A program made the translations under genes and the position numbers. A model generated the notes under the pieces. The model did no database searches. It worked only from the letters and a program-made list of their open reading frames with translations, and was not told the origin of the DNA. A stretch of 38,439 nucleotides of DNA from assembly GCA_045805065.1 (NCBI GenBank), contig JBJMMA010000226.1, forward strand, positions 1 through 38,439, written 5' to 3'. Of this stretch, positions 34,963 to 38,439 are shown one piece after another. Source of the stretch: Bdellovibrionia bacterium. GTDB taxonomy: Bacteria; Bdellovibrionota; UBA1018. Numbering within the stretch: position 1 is the first letter of the stretch; every line of letters starts with the position of its first letter.

Positions 34963-36003
34963 GCTTGCTGTCCAGATTCTCTGGCCAAGCGTACGATAAG
35001 CGGAACTCGTTTCGATTCCCCATGTCCCAACATTTGCGCGGAAAGCCCCGAGATGAAGTGAGGATTCTCCACCCCAATATCCTCCGAAGAACCCAGCAGT
35101 ATTCCTCCATGAAGCAGACTGAGACCAAGATTTATCCATTCGAAGTCCTGCACCAAGCATCGAACCGATCTCGGGAAAGCTTTGCATTCGGTGCGAGTAA
35201 TCCCAGACGTCGGGCAGGATGTCGACCGGGATGGGCTGCGGACCCGCTACCGCAACAATGCCCGCCTGCGTCTGACCCAAGGCCGGAATGGGGTGAGTCG
35301 CATCCATTTGTCCCTTCCAGCGAAAGGCGAAATAACTAGTTCCTTCGACCACGTCGAGTGATGAGGGGGATACGGCAGTTTTGAACTCGATCTCATGTGC
35401 ACTCAGTCGGGGTTTGATCTTCCAGTCACTGGGTGTGAAGGTTTTTGCGAAATCTTGGCTCAATCCGAAAAAGTACAGGTGGCCGCTTCGAATAGGCAAT
35501 TTATCGATCAGATCGGTACTGAATGCATCAATCCGCTTCTCGTAGCCAGACCCTCCGATGAGCCCAAGGCGCGTATGAAATCCGGTGGTACTTTCTTGAC
35601 CTTGAAACCCGACAGAAGCAGCCCCCGCAAGGATTGCATTGGCATGAAGCTCAGGGACGACAGGATTTCGGACCAGCCCAAACGCGTCAGCTTCGGTGCC
35701 GACTTCGATCCAGATCTTTTCAAGGAGCTTGCTGGATTCAAATCCATTGATCCCATCCACTCGCACTTTCACGGTGCTCAAGGCTTCTTCGTAAGTTCCG
35801 TACTTACGCTGAAGAATCTCGTTGATGCTTTCAAGATCACCTTGGGCGCTCTTCACGTCATGCAGAGTTCCCCAGACATCCCTGGACTGTCCGTAGAAAA
35901 CGCTTACTGTGGTCCGTTTTGAGCCTAAGAGGGAAGGCTCAGCCGCAAAGCAGACACTTGAGATTCCAAAGGTGAGTGCGATCCAAACAAAGCTCCAATT
36001 CAT
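34945..36003 (-). CDS. Predicted outer-membrane beta-barrel protein (start 36003; 36015 also possible)
   Basis: Signal peptide ending CFA; amphipathic beta-strands; C-terminal aromatic signature WTASLGMAF. Confidence 0.7.
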   Translation of the reverse strand: MNWSFVWIALTFGISSVCFAAEPSLLGSKRTTVSVFYGQSRDVWGTLHDVKSAQGDLESINEILQRKYGTYEEALSTVKVRVDGINGFESSKLLEKIWIEVGTEADAFGLVRNPVVPELHANAILAGAASVGFQGQESTTGFHTRLGLIGGSGYEKRIDAFSTDLIDKLPIRSGHLYFFGLSQDFAKTFTPSDWKIKPRLSAHEIEFKTAVSPSSLDVVEGTSYFAFRWKGQMDATHPIPALGQTQAGIVAVAGPQPIPVDILPDVWDYSHRMQSFPEIGSMLGAGLRMDKSWSQSASWRNTAGFFGGYWGGESSLHLGAFRANVGTWGIETSSAYRTLGQRIWTASLGMAF

Positions 36004-36018
36004 CCGGCATCTCATGAT

Positions 36019-36034
36019 CGCAACATCAATGCCA
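36019..36034 (-). promoter_or_regulatory. sigma-54 (-24/-12) promoter
   Basis: Minus strand TGGCATTGATGTTGCG, GG-N10-GC. Confidence 0.7.
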
Positions 36035-36193
36035 TGGGTGCGATAGGCACGGCTCAGACTTTCTTAAAGGATTTCAAGAAGTCCCAAACGCGTCCCCTGG
36101 CGGGACTGTCCAAACCTTGGTCATTTGTATTGAAACGGCGCCCGAGCGCGTGGGTAGCAAGCGTAAAAGCCCAGGACTTTCAACCGCCCTTCC

Positions 36194-36209
36194 GGGCATA
36201 TGCCTTGCT
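36194..36209 (+). promoter_or_regulatory. sigma-54 (-24/-12) promoter
   Basis: GGGCATATGCCTTGCT, GG-N10-GC, just upstream of the GGAG RBS and the GTG at 36232. Confidence 0.7.
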
Positions 36210-36231
36210 TTATGGGGAGGCGGAGTTGTTT

Positions 36232-37716
36232 GTGCCGAAGTACTGGTTACGATCCCTATTTTTGCTCCTGATGATGTTGGTCGCTGGTTGCGGACAAAAC
36301 CAGACGGACCGAAGTCGTATGGATCGTGCCATCAGTCAGATGAACAATCGTCAGTACGAAGACGCGGTTGCAAGTCTTGAGAGCATGTATGCTGAAAACC
36401 CCACGAACTCCTCGACCGCGCTTCTTCTTGCTCAGGCTCACCTGGGCAAAGCCAATTTTGAGATGATGGATTTCATCGGAAGGATCTCCGCCGCGCAGAC
36501 TCCGATGCCAGTGAATGAATACTGGGTGGATCAACCCCAGTGCGATGATGGTCCCATCAAAAAGATCGCCGGATATGACATCCGCTGCCTGATCTTCAGG
36601 CTCATGAATAATCTCCCCGACGCCGAGCATCCGAGCTTGATCCGCGCACGAAATATTCTTCGAACGGCATTTAAAGATCCATCCCAGACACCAAGCGACG
36701 CGAACTTTCTCGCGGCTTTAGTCGAGTTCAGCTCCGCATTGTATCGCCTCAAGCAGTTAGGAAAGTCTGAGTCCAAAGTATTGCTCGAAAAAGAGCCTGC
36801 AAATATGGCTTTGGCAGATGCGCAATTCAAGCTCGTCTCCCATAACCTCAAGCGGTTTCTTGTCGAGGTCCAGTTTGGCTTTAAGCGAATGCGCTACTCG
36901 TACGGCAAGTTGGCGAGCTTCGTGAAAAACATGGATGGAAAGCCCATGGTGACGATCGGGGATCGCACGCTCATGTTCAACGATAATCTGGATACGGCCG
37001 ACTTGCTGCGATTCGCCTCCCTTGTTGTTCGCGATAGAGCAGAAGGCCTGGATCAGCAGATTGACGATGTGGCGGAAAAAGGCATCCGCATCGTCGGAAT
37101 CAAATACATGCGTCTTCTTGCCAGACTGGATAGGGGCTTCTTCAATCGCGACCAGTTGGACAGCCTGACGATTTTTTGGAAATTCAACCATGCTTTATCG
37201 CAGATTCTTGAAGGGCTCGCAGAAAGCGATAGCAAGGACTTCAAATTCAAGCCGGCGCTCTTGCTTTGGGACAAGCCTCCAATCATCTTTCATGAATTTC
37301 GAGATGCTCTTGAAAAAGGTTGGGCACAGGAGACCGTTGTTCCTCTCTGGAATTACTTTCTGGCGACACGCGAGCGGTGGAATGAGCTGGGACATATCAT
37401 GGATGACTGGGGCAAATGGTTTGATTATGAGCTGACGCTGGGACAGAGAAACGATCTCAAGGCTTATCTTCGGTACGTGATCAAGCATGATCCCCGTTTC
37501 ACCAATCTGCCTGAGCGGATCCGAACTGAAAGTATGGAGAAATATGGCCAAGACCTGACCGAAGCCATACTCCAGGCGCTCGAAAAGGTTGTTCAGGGGC
37601 AAGTCCGGCAGATCAAATCTCTCAATGAGGATCAGGCGTTTCACGGGCGTCAGCTTCGATCGAGAACGGCAGCCTGGATCAACGAAAATCTATGGCACAT
37701 TGATTTCGTTGAGTAG
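36232..37716 (+). CDS. TPR-like helical lipoprotein (start re-called to the GTG at 36232)
   Basis: GGAG RBS; MPKYWLRSLFLLLMMLVAGC lipobox; TPR-like QYEDAVASLESMYAENPTNSSTALLLAQAHLG. Confidence 0.8.
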   Translation: MPKYWLRSLFLLLMMLVAGCGQNQTDRSRMDRAISQMNNRQYEDAVASLESMYAENPTNSSTALLLAQAHLGKANFEMMDFIGRISAAQTPMPVNEYWVDQPQCDDGPIKKIAGYDIRCLIFRLMNNLPDAEHPSLIRARNILRTAFKDPSQTPSDANFLAALVEFSSALYRLKQLGKSESKVLLEKEPANMALADAQFKLVSHNLKRFLVEVQFGFKRMRYSYGKLASFVKNMDGKPMVTIGDRTLMFNDNLDTADLLRFASLVVRDRAEGLDQQIDDVAEKGIRIVGIKYMRLLARLDRGFFNRDQLDSLTIFWKFNHALSQILEGLAESDSKDFKFKPALLLWDKPPIIFHEFRDALEKGWAQETVVPLWNYFLATRERWNELGHIMDDWGKWFDYELTLGQRNDLKAYLRYVIKHDPRFTNLPERIRTESMEKYGQDLTEAILQALEKVVQGQVRQIKSLNEDQAFHGRQLRSRTAAWINENLWHIDFVE

Positions 37717-37782
37717 CGAATTTAGATCCTCAGACCGGGCCGGCCTCTTCAATTTTTTCTCAAAAAATCCGATCAGAGATTA

Positions 37783-38439
37783 ATGTTCTCTGTTCCGTCT
37801 CATAAACGAATCGTGAGAGAAGTGATAGCAGCTTTTGCTATGCTTTTAGTTGACGCAACTAGCAGCTCACCCGTCCATGCCGCTCAATGCGTGCACGATT
37901 ATTTGACGACGGTTCTTCCGCTACTGGAGCAAACGTATCTCCGGGCGAGAAAATCATTGCAGGTCGGATTTGTCCCTATCAGTCGCTACTCAGAACCAAA
38001 AAACCTGTCGAAATGGGGTTCAGAGCTGAGAAGCTCTGAGGTGGGAGAAATCAGACGGCGTGATCTCGCTCCCAAGCATTGGCTCTCGAAGTGGGTTAAA
38101 AAAGTGAACTCTCAGGGAGGGGAGGTGCGACTTCTGCAATTCGAAGAGTTCCAGCCAAATCCGCAGATGCAGGACAAGTGGAAAAGGATTCATGAGTTTG
38201 GAGCCTATTTCAGTTCCGATCCAGAAACGAAAGTTCCTTACATTGCCATCTCATCCGCAGTGACACCCGATACTTTCGCGCATGAGTTCGACCACCTGGA
38301 AAAATGGATTCGGAAACGAAACGATCTTGTGAGCAATAAGCGCCTCGATCTTCAATCCGCCGGCGACGAAGCCACAAGAATTTTCCTTGATGACGTGGAC
38401 GGAAAGCGGTCCGCAGAGCGTACCGCAGTCAGAAAAGAG
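37783..38439 (+). CDS. Secreted zincin-like (HExxH) protein, partial at the window end
   Basis: Not in the ORF track because it has no stop. My translation is open for 219 codons: MFSVPSHKRIVREVIAAFAMLLVDATSSSPVHAAQC...PYIAISSAVTPDTFAHEFDHLE...SAERTA. Confidence 0.7.
   Translation, partial: MFSVPSHKRIVREVIAAFAMLLVDATSSSPVHAAQCVHDYLTTVLPLLEQTYLRARKSLQVGFVPISRYSEPKNLSKWGSELRSSEVGEIRRRDLAPKHWLSKWVKKVNSQGGEVRLLQFEEFQPNPQMQDKWKRIHEFGAYFSSDPETKVPYIAISSAVTPDTFAHEFDHLEKWIRKRNDLVSNKRLDLQSAGDEATRIFLDDVDGKRSAERTAVRKE

Overview
Bacterial chromosomal window with about 34 protein-coding genes. I found no rRNA, tRNA, CRISPR array, prophage or intact IS element. Gene content suggests a Bdellovibrionota-like predatory bacterium (inference, not verified): orphan tadC with FHA-TPR genes, a delta-type pilin, an HGG-type HUH/Y1 protein and many Cys-containing lipoproteins. 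Left to right: (1) STAS and CBS genes divergent from a degenerate HDOD gene and a ferredoxin; (2) five exported proteins/lipoproteins, including a transglutaminase-elicitor-like lipoprotein, three with sigma-54 promoters; (3) a Gly/Met-rich small membrane protein, a DTW enzyme, and radC divergent from a stand-alone HUH/Y1 (RAYT-like) gene with no evident IS ends; (4) purE-purK-nagZ and two peptide ABC permeases; (5) a tadC-DUF192-three FHA membrane proteins-atypical PP2C locus resembling Tad/Kil predation loci; (6) a highly structured intergenic segment of about 190 nt (candidate ncRNA); (7) ALDH-lpdA-sucB-sucA; (8) a type IV pilin with an unusual insert, xth, a PAS-GGDEF cyclase, an exported OB-fold-like protein and a TMEM175 channel; (9) a divergent outer-membrane barrel/TPR lipoprotein pair and a truncated secreted HExxH protein missing from the ORF track. 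The best leads are the phospho-signalling Tad locus, the HUH gene together with scattered hairpin-bearing tandem micro-duplications, the candidate ncRNA, a sigma-54 exported-protein regulon and frequent apparently leaderless genes. All family calls come from motif recognition by eye; no searches were run.
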